A stretch of DNA of 64,000 nt from Candidatus Binatia bacterium (GTDB lineage Bacteria > Desulfobacterota > Binatia > Bin18): positions 96,001-160,000 of the forward strand of contig OY761159.2 in the NCBI GenBank assembly GCA_963664395.2, read 5' to 3'. Below are positions 41,889-52,100 of the stretch, one piece after another; position 1 is the first letter of the stretch; every line of letters starts with the position of its first letter. Under the pieces are notes generated by a model that did no database searches, had not been told where the DNA came from, and saw only the letters and a program-made list of their open reading frames with translations. The position numbers were made by a program, and so were the translations under genes.

Positions 41889-42878
41889 CTATTGCAGATG
41901 AGGCAGGACCTCAGCGGCAAACTTTTCCATAGAGCGGCGTGAGATGTTGCGATCCATGCCGGGAAAATGGAAGAACAGGACGAGTTCGTCCAGCTTGGTC
42001 TTTTCTTCCAGCTGTTTGATTTCATCGAGCACTTTTTGAGCAGAGCCGGAAAAGAAATTATCCACACTCCGGAAGCCATCCGATTGCAGCTGACGGTCTT
42101 CAGGTTTGTCGTTCGCCTCGAACATCCACTGCGCGTAGCAGTCCATCTGATATTTGACGTGGGGCCAGACTTTTTCCCATTCCTGGTCATAATCATCCGT
42201 CACCAGGCAGGAGCGCAACATGCGTACCTGACCGGGTTCACGGCCCTCCGCCCGACACGCCTGGCGATAAATCTCAATGTCATTATCGTCACCAATGGGG
42301 AGGAAGTGACAACCCATACGCGCGACGCGTTTGATGCCCTTCTCACTCCGCGCCCCGATCATCAGCGGCGGACCGCCTGCCTGCGCCGGGGCTGGGGTAA
42401 CGGTGATATTCGTGTACCGCCAAAACTTCCCCTCGTGAGAAAAAGGCTTTCCCTCCCACGCCTGGCGGAGTACTCGGATGCCTTCGGTCAGTGCTTGGCC
42501 ACGCCGGGTGTGATCTTTTTCAAAACCGATAAACTCCCCAACCCGGTAGCCCTGCCCCAGCCCGAGGACCAAGCGCCCGCCGGAGATGAGATCGACGACT
42601 GCGGCGTCCTCCGCAACGCGCACCGGATCGTGTAAGGGCAGCAGGAGCACGAACGTGCCGAGTCCCACCTTACTGGTACGAGCAGCAACAGCGGACAGCA
42701 CCGCCAGTTGGGAGGGTAAATATCCATCATCAAGAAAATGATGCTCTGTGGTCCACACAGTGTTAAACCCCAGCTCTTCGGCAGAGACCATGTCGTCCAG
42801 CGTATCCTTGTACAGGTCCGGATAAGGCTGGACCCATTGGGGCGGATTACGAAAATCATACAAACAACCAATTTGCAC
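41889..42878 (-). CDS. LLM-class flavin-dependent oxidoreductase
   Basis: AEELGFNTVWTTEHHF, ISGGRLVLGLGQGY. Confidence 0.9.
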   Translation of the reverse strand: MQIGCLYDFRNPPQWVQPYPDLYKDTLDDMVSAEELGFNTVWTTEHHFLDDGYLPSQLAVLSAVAARTSKVGLGTFVLLLPLHDPVRVAEDAAVVDLISGGRLVLGLGQGYRVGEFIGFEKDHTRRGQALTEGIRVLRQAWEGKPFSHEGKFWRYTNITVTPAPAQAGGPPLMIGARSEKGIKRVARMGCHFLPIGDDNDIEIYRQACRAEGREPGQVRMLRSCLVTDDYDQEWEKVWPHVKYQMDCYAQWMFEANDKPEDRQLQSDGFRSVDNFFSGSAQKVLDEIKQLEEKTKLDELVLFFHFPGMDRNISRRSMEKFAAEVLPHLQ

Positions 42879-42957
42879 ACTACACCTCCTGCTTACGGTC
42901 GATTATTTTGTTCTCTGGAAATTTGACTGGGCGGCACTTTATGCCTGCAGCCCAAAA

Positions 42958-43758
42958 CTATCCAATACGGGCGCTCTGTCCACCATCAACCGGTAGCAGA
43001 ACGCCGGTAATAAACTGAGCTTCGGCGGATGCCAGGAAGAGCGAGGCGTTGGCAATATCCCAGCCCGTGCCCATTTTCGCCCTCAAAGGCACGGAGGCGT
43101 CACGTTCCTGACGCAATTGCTCCTTGGAGATGCCTCGGGCTTGTGAAATACCCTCAATGGCCATGGGCGTATCCATCAAACCGGGCATAATACAATTCAC
43201 CCGAATGCCGTGTTTGGCGTTGCCTAGGGCCATCTGATGCGTAATCGCGTTCACCCCGGCCTTTGAGGTCTTATACGCCAGAATGCCCACCGCGCAGACC
43301 GCGGCTATTGAAGAAATATTAATAATCGCCCCGCTACGCTGGCCGCGCATAATGGGAAGAACGCATTTGCTCGGCATAATAACGCTCTTCATGTTGACGC
43401 TGAGAATGCGATCCCAGTTTTCTTCCTGCATATTGGTCACACCCGAATCGCCGTCGCCAATGCCAACGTTATTATGCAGGATATCGATACGGCCATAGCG
43501 TTCGACGCAGGCTTCCACCATTTTCTTGCAGTCGGCCTCACTGGTCGCGTCCGCGGCAAAAGAAGACGCGACCCCGCCTTCTTGCTCAATCATGGCCCGC
43601 GTGTCTTGGGCGGATTCAAGCCGACGGTCCACCAACAGCACACTGGCTCCCTCACGGGCATAGACAATCGCCGTGGCCCGGCCATTGCCAATTGTCTCCC
43701 CCGGCGTCTGCCCAGCCCCGACCACAATGGCCACCTTATCCTTCAGTCGATCTCCCAT
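42958..43758 (-). CDS. Short-chain dehydrogenase/reductase
   Basis: NNVG, YKTSK, PVDGG. Confidence 0.92.
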   Translation of the reverse strand: MGDRLKDKVAIVVGAGQTPGETIGNGRATAIVYAREGASVLLVDRRLESAQDTRAMIEQEGGVASSFAADATSEADCKKMVEACVERYGRIDILHNNVGIGDGDSGVTNMQEENWDRILSVNMKSVIMPSKCVLPIMRGQRSGAIINISSIAAVCAVGILAYKTSKAGVNAITHQMALGNAKHGIRVNCIMPGLMDTPMAIEGISQARGISKEQLRQERDASVPLRAKMGTGWDIANASLFLASAEAQFITGVLLPVDGGQSARIG

Positions 43759-43790
43759 ACTCTCTCCTTTTTAATCCCCTCCTTTTTAAT

Positions 43791-43893
43791 CCCCTCCGTC
43801 GGAGGGGTCGCCCGGAGCTTGTCGAAGGGCCGGGGTGGGTTTCCCTTAATCAGTCCCCTCTCCCTCTGGGAGAGGGCCAGGGTGAGGGTCCCC
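43791..43893. repeat. Composite REP-like palindromic element
   Basis: Partner of 41330-41404, plus CCCTCTCCCTCTGGGAGAGGGCCAGGGTGAGGG, which is related to 55511-55597. Confidence 0.75.
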
Positions 43894-43909
43894 TTCAGTG
43901 AGGTTCCCC

Positions 43910-44458
43910 TCAAAACCCCTCCAAGCCCTCATCCAACTGCACGCCCAAAGTATTCAGCGCCATGGACACCAAGTTGTACTGCCCCACGGCAAAGACCACA
44001 TCCATGAGCTGTTTCTTATCAAAATGCTGAAGTAACCCGTTCCAGGTCGCATCGGTGATAAACGCATCCTTACGCAGTTCATCCGTGGCTTGCAGCAAGA
44101 GCTTGTCGGCCTCGCTCCAGCCTCGCGCATTCGGACCGGCTTTAATCCAATCAATCTCCTCAGCAGTCAGTCCGGCTTCCTTGCCAATCAAAACATGCTG
44201 CGCCCACTCATACTCGGCTTCACACAGCCAGCCAATGCGCAGAATGACCAATTCTCTCTCGCGGGGCGGCAGTGTAGATTTGAACAACACGTGATTGCCG
44301 AATACGAGCCAGCGGCGAAATAGATCAGGATGGTGGGCGAGGGTTTTGAAAATATTAAAAACCGTGCCCTTTTCGACATTGGGCTGCAAGGTCTTCTTGA
44401 TCTCCTCAGTCCAGTCTTCAGGTTGAATGGGCTCCAAACGGGGTGTATCGAGCTTCAT
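43910..44458 (-). CDS. Carboxymuconolactone decarboxylase/AhpD-like protein
   Basis: TLAHHP, LPPRERELVILR, YEWAQH. Confidence 0.88.
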   Translation of the reverse strand: MKLDTPRLEPIQPEDWTEEIKKTLQPNVEKGTVFNIFKTLAHHPDLFRRWLVFGNHVLFKSTLPPRERELVILRIGWLCEAEYEWAQHVLIGKEAGLTAEEIDWIKAGPNARGWSEADKLLLQATDELRKDAFITDATWNGLLQHFDKKQLMDVVFAVGQYNLVSMALNTLGVQLDEGLEGF

Positions 44459-44568
44459 GCAGGTCTCCTTTCCTCATCCTTATTTGAGTGAAGGGAACAT
44501 AGCTTGTTCGATATTCCTTTGGAAGATCGCCAGAATAATGATAGAGCGAAACTTATGGGAGATAATCT

Positions 44569-45216
44569 ATGAAACTGTACGAACACCCGGAATCCGGCAA
44601 TAGCCATAAGGTCCGACTCCTGCTGTCCTTTCTCGGCCTTGAATATGAATCCGTTGTTGTCGATCTCATGACCGACGAGCAGCACCAAGCCCCGTTTCTG
44701 TCCGTCAATCCGCGCGGCGAGGTGCCGGTTCTGGTTGACGATGATGTCACTTTGCGTGACTCCATGGCCATCCTGGTCTATCTGGCGACCCAGCATGATG
44801 AGCGCCGGTACTGGCTCCCCAAAGACAGCGCCGACACGGCCGCCGTCATGGAATGGCTGGCCTTTGCGGCCAGTTGGATTCAGTTTGGTGTGTTTACAGC
44901 ACGCGCTCTCGTGTCGTTCGGGATTGCCGGTAATGGCATGCCGCATACGTTCAGCGGCAATGTTGAGGAAGCCCGCCTACGGGGCACGACGTCGCTGACG
45001 ATCATGGAGAAGCAGCTATCCGGGCGAGACTGGCTGTGTGGAGAGACGCCGACGATTGCCGACGTTGCCTGTTTTCCGTATATCGCGCTCGCGCCGATGG
45101 GCGATATTTCCCTGGAGCCCTACCCCGCGGTCCAAGCCTGGATTGCTCGGTTCAAGAAATTGCCCGGCTATCTCACCATGCCGGGGTTGGAGAACCCGGA
45201 CTATCGAAAGGGCTAA
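44569..45216 (+). CDS. Glutathione S-transferase family protein
   Basis: SGNSHKVRL, NPRGEVPVL, DSMAILVYL, PTIADVA. Confidence 0.92.
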   Translation: MKLYEHPESGNSHKVRLLLSFLGLEYESVVVDLMTDEQHQAPFLSVNPRGEVPVLVDDDVTLRDSMAILVYLATQHDERRYWLPKDSADTAAVMEWLAFAASWIQFGVFTARALVSFGIAGNGMPHTFSGNVEEARLRGTTSLTIMEKQLSGRDWLCGETPTIADVACFPYIALAPMGDISLEPYPAVQAWIARFKKLPGYLTMPGLENPDYRKG

Positions 45217-45313
45217 GGCGCCGGCATTCCTGCCGGTGACCGGCCTGGCGAGTGCTTGAACCCGCGGGCAAAGAACCATAGGCTGGGCGCGAATAAAGAA
45301 GGAGTAATCGCGT

Positions 45314-46331
45314 ATGAAAGCAAAGAAGGAGGGTCGGACGCCCCCCGCTATCTGGCCCCTCATGCTACTGCTGACAGGATTGATTGCCCCACACGCTGCC
45401 AGCGCCCACAGCGTCGCCCACGAGCAAGACTCGAACAACGACAGGGTCATGGCCGCGCAGAAATACGGCGGGGTGCGCAAGAGCAGCGGGGAGGTGACCG
45501 TCACCTATTACGGCCACATGGCGTTCAAGATCACCTCGCCGCGCGGTATCGAGCTGCTCATTGACCCGTGGCGCAACGATCCGACGCATATGTTCGGCAT
45601 GTGGTATCAGATGCATCTGCCCAAACAGCAGACCGATATCGTGCTCGTCACCCATGCCCACTTCGATCACGACGCAACCGAACGGATCGACGCGAGCATG
45701 ATTCTGGACCGCATGGCCGGGACGTTTGAGTTGGGCGATGTCAAGATTCTCGGAATTGCCGAGAAACATATGTGCGAAGCCCAAGGCAAGTATCCCTTTC
45801 GGAGTGCGGTCATTGCCGCCACCGGCAATGACCCCTGCCCGCCCGACGAGAGGCACCCAATGGAACAATAACCTGTACGTGATCGAAACCGGCGGACTGC
45901 GCTTTCTGCACTGGGGCGACAACCGCCAGAACCCGCCCGAGCATATCTGGGACATGCTGGGCGACATCGACGTAGCGTTTTTGTCGGTCAGCGACGACGG
46001 GCATATCCTGACGCCCAAGTGGGCCGACGTGGTCATGAAAAAGCTCGGGGCCAACATCGTCATTCCGTCTCATTACTACGTCCACGGGATCGGAGTGCCG
46101 CACGCCGGCGGTCTGGAACCGGCGTTGGCGTGGACCAAGACGCACGAACACACCCTGCTTGACAGCCCGACGCTCGTGCTGACACCGGAGAAGGTGAAGC
46201 CGTACAATCAACATGTGATGTATTTTGGCAACCACGTCCCCTTTGCCGTGCCCGGCACGCCACCGGAACCGCAGCCGGACATCCCGCCGGTACCGGAACC
46301 GGCCAAAGCCTGGGAACGCTTTGCCCATTGA
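45314..46331 (+). pseudogene. Secreted MBL-fold metallo-hydrolase, frameshifted near 45851
   Basis: 45314..45871 has a signal peptide and THAHFDH; 45726..46331 has LHWGDN and IPSHY; removing one base in GAGAGGC joins them. Confidence 0.75.
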
Positions 46332-46379
46332 CCCGAATTTTCCCATTGACCCGAAACATTACCCCGCAAGGAGAATCGT

Positions 46380-47255
46380 ATGAAATTAGTGACCTTTACC
46401 CAGTCCGGAGCGACCCGTATCGGAGTTGTGGACGGAGACAACGTTGTTGACCTGTTCGCCGCCGCCCCAGACCTTCCCACCGAGATGTGCGCCTTTCTGG
46501 CCGCCGGCGCGGATGCCCTGGCAGGCGCACGGCAGGCCGCTGAAAAGAGCACGGCCCGGATTGCGTTGGCCGAAGTGACCCTGGAAGCGCCCATTCTCCG
46601 CCCGCCAAAGATTCTTGCGGTCGGCCTCAACTATAAAGATCACATTGAAGAAACCGGTATGAAGACGCCGGAAGTTCCCATGATCTTTAATAAGCAATCC
46701 ACCTCAGTGACCGGACCGGGCAAAGGCATCCACGTCCCACGCGCCTCGGACAAAGTGGACTACGAAGGCGAACTTGGGGTAGTCATTGGTCGCTATTGCC
46801 GCCATGTACCAAAGAACCGCGCCGCCGAAGTGATTGCCGGCTACACCATCGCCCACGATGTCAGCGTGCGTGACTGGCAAATTCGCGTTCCAACCTTCAC
46901 CATGGGCAAATCATTCGACACCCACTGTCCGCTGGGACCCTACATCGTGACGCCGGACGAAGTCGGCGACCCGCATAGCTTGGACCTCAAAACCTGGGTG
47001 AACGGCGAGCTGCGGCAAAGCTCGAATACCTGTCAGTTGTTGTTCGACTGCTTTGAGCTGATCGAGCACCTGTCAACGAGTTTCACCTTAGAGCCGGGGG
47101 ATGTCATCTCCACGGGCACCCCGAGCGGTGTGGGTTTTGCCATGAAGCCACCCAATTATCTCAAGCCGGGTGATACGGTCAAAATTGCCATCGACAAGCT
47201 GGGCGAGTTGGAAAACCCGGTAGTCGCCGAGCCGGAGAACACGGTCAGGATGTAG
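46380..47255 (+). CDS. Fumarylacetoacetate hydrolase family protein
   Basis: VGLNYKDH, DYEGEL, DVSVRD, GKSFDT, TGTPSGVG. Confidence 0.95.
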   Translation: MKLVTFTQSGATRIGVVDGDNVVDLFAAAPDLPTEMCAFLAAGADALAGARQAAEKSTARIALAEVTLEAPILRPPKILAVGLNYKDHIEETGMKTPEVPMIFNKQSTSVTGPGKGIHVPRASDKVDYEGELGVVIGRYCRHVPKNRAAEVIAGYTIAHDVSVRDWQIRVPTFTMGKSFDTHCPLGPYIVTPDEVGDPHSLDLKTWVNGELRQSSNTCQLLFDCFELIEHLSTSFTLEPGDVISTGTPSGVGFAMKPPNYLKPGDTVKIAIDKLGELENPVVAEPENTVRM

Positions 47256-47321
47256 GCAACTTCTCCTAAACAGCCCCCTACCTGAAGCTATACTGCGACA
47301 CCCAGCAACGGAGGACACACA

Positions 47322-48194
47322 ATGAGACTTGAAGGAAAAGTCGCGGTTATCACAGGTGGGGCCAGCGGTATGGGACGCTCGACCGTACTCCGTTTTCTCG
47401 ATGAAGGCGCTCGTATTGTGATTGCGGATTTCAACGAAGAAAATGGCACTGGGGTAGTGGCTGAAGCAAAAAATGCCGGTCATGGCGACGCGGTTCGTTT
47501 TATTAAAACAGACGTTGCCAAAGAAGCCGACGTTGAGGCCATGATCAGCCTGGCAACCTCTGAATTTGGCCAGATCGATATTGTGTTCAACAATGCCGGC
47601 GTAGGCGGAGCGGTGGGGCCGATCTGGGATATCGAGGTTGAGGAATGGGACTATACGTTCGATGTGCTCACCAAAGGTGTTTTCCTTGGCATCAAACACG
47701 CCGCCCGAGCCATGAAGCAGCAAGGCCACGGTGGGGCAATTATTAACACCGCCTCAACCGCAGGCTTAAGTGGCGGCAGTGGGCCGCTCGTCTACTCAGC
47801 CGCAAAGGCCGCTGTTATCAATCTGACAAAGGCTGCTGCCGTTCAACTCGCACCCGACCGGATTCGCGTCAACGCGATTTGTCCCGGCGGGATTTTGACC
47901 GGCCTGACCGACCAAGGTGATCCGGCCACAAGCGCAAAATTCCTCGATACGTTTCAGCCCTGGCCCGAACATGGCACAGGCGAAAACATTGCCGGCGCAG
48001 CCCTGTTCCTGGCGAGTGAGGACTCTACGTTCGTCACAGGTGAGGCACTCGTCGTTGATGGCGGACTGACCGCTATTGGACCGGACATGTGGCGACGCTT
48101 TGGTCTGAAACAGGAAGCCCAGGCTCGCAACAGTCACGTCAACCGGGGCTCGACGGGCGAATCGATTACTGCCCGGCGGGTCAAGCCGATATAG
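47322..48194 (+). CDS. Short-chain dehydrogenase/reductase
   Basis: TGGASGMG, NNAG, YSAAK. Confidence 0.93.
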   Translation: MRLEGKVAVITGGASGMGRSTVLRFLDEGARIVIADFNEENGTGVVAEAKNAGHGDAVRFIKTDVAKEADVEAMISLATSEFGQIDIVFNNAGVGGAVGPIWDIEVEEWDYTFDVLTKGVFLGIKHAARAMKQQGHGGAIINTASTAGLSGGSGPLVYSAAKAAVINLTKAAAVQLAPDRIRVNAICPGGILTGLTDQGDPATSAKFLDTFQPWPEHGTGENIAGAALFLASEDSTFVTGEALVVDGGLTAIGPDMWRRFGLKQEAQARNSHVNRGSTGESITARRVKPI

Positions 48195-48248
48195 ACAGCC
48201 CTTGGTAGGAAGAGATGGGAGCGGTCACAAGGACAGCGGAGGTGGAGT

Positions 48249-48686
48249 ATGAGGGGACGGAGAGGCGCGTACGGACTGCTGATGGTAGTGGCACTTGGGC
48301 TTACGTGCTTGACCGGTTGTGCATCGTACGAAAAGCGTACCATGGTGGTGACCGCCTACTCGTCCGACAAAATCAGTACCAATTGGCGCCGCGGACGCAT
48401 CCTTTTCTGGCGGGCGTATGTGGCCAGCGGACCGAATAGGGGCAAGCGGAAAATCGTTGGACTGACCGCCAGCGGAACCAAAGCCAAGCATGGCACCGTT
48501 GCCGCGGATACTCGCTATTATCCGTATGGAACGGTTATGAAAATCCCCGGTTATGGCAAAGGCGTAGTCGAGGATATAGGCAGCGCGATTAAGGGCTCTA
48601 ATCGGCTGGATGTCTATTTTTCCACCCGCAAGAAAGCGCTCAAATGGGGGCGGCAAAAGGTGGTTGTGAAAATTCGGCAAGATTAG
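48249..48686 (+). CDS. 3D-domain lipoprotein (peptidoglycan-related)
   Basis: Lipobox LTGC; VTAY, TASG, VAAD..YYPYGT, EDIGSAIKG.RLDVY. Confidence 0.88.
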   Translation: MRGRRGAYGLLMVVALGLTCLTGCASYEKRTMVVTAYSSDKISTNWRRGRILFWRAYVASGPNRGKRKIVGLTASGTKAKHGTVAADTRYYPYGTVMKIPGYGKGVVEDIGSAIKGSNRLDVYFSTRKKALKWGRQKVVVKIRQD

Positions 48687-48695
48687 AAAGCAGCA

Positions 48696-49118
48696 ATGCC
48701 TAACGAAACACCTTTTCTCCAGCAGCAACTCAGGGCGCGGCCCTGGTGGATGAATATCCTCTTTGTCTGGTGTGCCTTCCTGGCTCTTGGCGTTCCGGTT
48801 GAACTGATAGTCAAGCCGGTGGCAGAGGACATTGAAGTGTGGTTCGGCTTTGAACTCATGGGCTGGCCGGCAAAGGCCGGCGGCCTGCTGCATGCCCTGA
48901 TCTTTGCCGTGGGGACCTGGGGCTTCTGGAAAATGCGGCCCTGGATGTGGCCCTGGGCCGCGCTGTATGTCGCCCAAGTCGCCCTGAGCCATCTGGTCTG
49001 GAGCGAACTCAGCCCACACGGTCGGGGCTGGCCCATCGGGCTGCTACAAACAGCCGGGATTTCGATTATTGTCGTGCTGCTGTGGCGGGCGAGGCCGCTG
49101 TTTCAGAACAACGAGTAG
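48696..49118 (+). CDS. Hypothetical membrane protein
   Basis: About four hydrophobic segments; sits directly after the 3D-domain gene. Confidence 0.75.
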   Translation: MPNETPFLQQQLRARPWWMNILFVWCAFLALGVPVELIVKPVAEDIEVWFGFELMGWPAKAGGLLHALIFAVGTWGFWKMRPWMWPWAALYVAQVALSHLVWSELSPHGRGWPIGLLQTAGISIIVVLLWRARPLFQNNE

Positions 49119-49142
49119 GGGCGACGCATGCGTCGCCCCTAC
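49115..49142. repeat. GTAG-type REP palindrome between convergent genes
   Basis: Perfect palindrome GTAGGGGCGACGCATGCGTCGCCCCTAC; contains both stop codons. Confidence 0.8.
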
Positions 49143-52100
49143 CTCACATCCGTAATGACAAAATTCTGACTATTCTGCTGCCACTCCAACAGCACGTTCT
49201 GCCCCAGGCGGGGGAAGTCCTCTACTACACACTCCCCCTCGGCCCCCCGTAGAAACTCTTCCTCTGCCCCTTCCCCCACGGTCGTCACCCGCACCGTCGC
49301 CCGGCCTAACTCCACCCCATCCACGAAGGCCACGACTTCATGCTCCCCATCGCCCAACAGATTCCAGTTGAACAACAGCCCAAAGCCGTTGTCCGTATCG
49401 CCACACACGCTGGCCGTGTCCAGCCGCTCCGTCCCATACGCCGCCACCTGCGGGGCTCCGTTCAACTCCAGTTCCACCCGGTCGGCGTCACACACCCAGC
49501 CCGACAGGACGCCCACCCCACTTTGGAACGAGAGATCGCCGGGGTTCTCCAGATAGCCCTGCACAAAGGTGACGACCACATCGTAGCCCCCGGTTGCCCC
49601 CCCCTGCCCTTGTACGGCCACGACGACTGGGCCGGCCTGCACGAGGGCACCAAGCCGGTCGTCTTGCGGATCGCCACGCGTGGAGCCGGACGCCAATATC
49701 CTGTCGTTCTGCCAGATGGTCCCGCGGGTCTGTACTCCGCCGAAGGTGTCCACAAAGACCAGTCCTCGGCCGGGGGCGGTCACGGTCAAATAATCTACGT
49801 CGGCGGCCGGACAGATGGCTCCGGCAGTTGTAGCAGACAAGGCAATATCAGTGGCTTGCGCCGCGCTGTTACCGTGTAAATCCTCCGTGCAGTCAGGACC
49901 ACGACCGCCGCCACCACCACCGCCACCACCACCGCCACCAGGACCAGGACCAGGACCGGGCGGTCCTGGCGGTCGGGGCGGCGAAGACGAGACGGTGATG
50001 AAGACGGGGACTTCGTCGGATTCCCCGGACGGGTCAGAGGCGATCACGGTGACCTGGTAGGGCTTCTGGGGTTCATCAGCCTTCGTGCTGATCGTGCGCT
50101 GCCCGAGTGACCGCGTCACTTGGTCCGCACAGGGCGATAGTCCCCCTGGACCTACCGTGATCTGTCCGCTGATCCAGTCGATATCGAAACAGGCCGCGTC
50201 CGCGTCCTTTTCGTCCAGCGTGTAGGTGAGCGGGTAATCCTCTGGGTCCTCGGCCCTCACCGTCCCGACGCGGCTCCCCGCCCCCGCGTTGGCTCCGACG
50301 GTGAGGGTGGCCGAGGGCGCGGGAAATGCCGGGGGAGCATTGTTGACCGGCGCCGTCCGCACCGCATGGGGCGCAACGATCTGCGCGCTCTTGGTCTCGT
50401 TGAGGTCGGCTCCATCGGTATACGTCACCGTGACACGCAGGTACCAGCCCTCATCATCAGTCTCCGGCGTATAGCTGGCGGCGGGCGTCCCCCTGACGGC
50501 CTCCCACGTCTGCTTATCCTGTGACCGCTCCCAGACCCAGTCGGTGGAGACGAGGCCGTCGGGATCGGTCAGGATGGCAGTCAACGCGGTATCGACCTGC
50601 GGCTGCACCGACGACAGGGTCAGATTGCCTGCTTCATCCTCGTTGGTCACGGTAACAGTCACGGGCAGCCCAGCCGTCAGCTCTCCATCGAAGGCCTCTA
50701 CGGTCACCTCGTAGTCGTTGTCGCGGTTGAAGTCGGTGGCCTCTTCGCGGTTGGGCGGGATGAGAAAGGTGAGGACGCCGTTGTTGATCGAGAAGGTCGT
50801 CCTGTCAGCTCCCGACAGCACCCACCGAATCGGGTCGTGCTCCGGGTCGGTGGCACGGTAGGTGGCAACTGGTCCCGTGTCGTTCTCCTCGTAGTCGTTA
50901 ATGGCAATCGGCCCAGTCAGCGTGGGCGACTCGTTGACGTTGGTGACACTGACGGTGACGGTCTGTCTCGCGGTATGGCTCCCGGCGGAGGCTTCCACGG
51001 TCACGGTGTAGCTGCTAGCCGCCTCGTAGTCGGGCGGGGTGAGGAAGCGCAGGATGCCGCCGTTGAGATTGATGTCTTCGAAGGCGTTGCGGTCAGCTCC
51101 CGCCAGCGCCCAAGTGAGCGGTTCCTGCTCCGGGTCGGTCGCGCTGAAGGTAGCAACTATCCCGGTGTCGTTCTCCTCGTACGGGACGCTGGTCCGGCCG
51201 GTCAGCGTGAGCGGTTCATCTACGTCGGAGATGTCGATGGTCACAACGATGGAGGCGGAGGCTCCAGAGGGGTCGGTGGCCGTCACGGTGACGGCGTAGC
51301 TATCCTTTGTCTCGCGGTCCAACTCCGTCCCCTCGGCCACCGTCAGTTGGCCGGTATCGGGGTTGAGGTCAAACGAACCGGTGTCAGCGCCCGAGAGCGT
51401 GTAGGTCAGCAGGTCTTTGTCCACCTCGTCCGCATCCGTTGCCGTCACCGGGGCGCCGACGGGACTCTCTGCTGCCGCGTTCTCCTGGACGCTCCGGGTC
51501 GTGGTAGCAGCCGGGAATTGTGGTGGGTTCCTGCCCTGCTCATCCCTTACCGGATTGGCGGCCATACGCTGGAGCTCTTTGCTGACGGGATCATCATATC
51601 CATCGGTGTAGGTCACCCTGACCCGCAGGGAGTCGCCCACGTCATCGCTCGCCGGTGTGTAGCTGTTTGAGGTCTCACCATCAATGACCGTCCACGTGCT
51701 CCTGTCCGAGGAGCGCTCCCAGACCCAGGTGGAGTCGGAGACGATGTCGGGATCGCTCAGGGTGGCCGTCAGCGCGGTGGCCTCCTGTGGCTGCTCCGAC
51801 GACAGGGTCAGGCTGCCTGCTTCGTCCAGGTTGTTGACGGTGACGGTGAGGGGCTGCGGCGTGGTGAGGTCTCCATCAGAGGCGACCACGGTCACTTCAT
51901 AGTTGTTGTTGCCGTCGGCGTCGGCGCGCGCCTCGAAGTTGGGAGCAGGGGCGAAGTTCAGAACGCCGTTGGTGATGGTGAAGTCGTCATCGTCGTTTCC
52001 GGTCACCGACCAAATGACGGTCGCGCCCTCCGGGTCCGTGGCGGTGTAGCGGGCGACCTGGGCCGTGTTGTTCTCGTCATACAGTGGAACGCTGGTCGGT

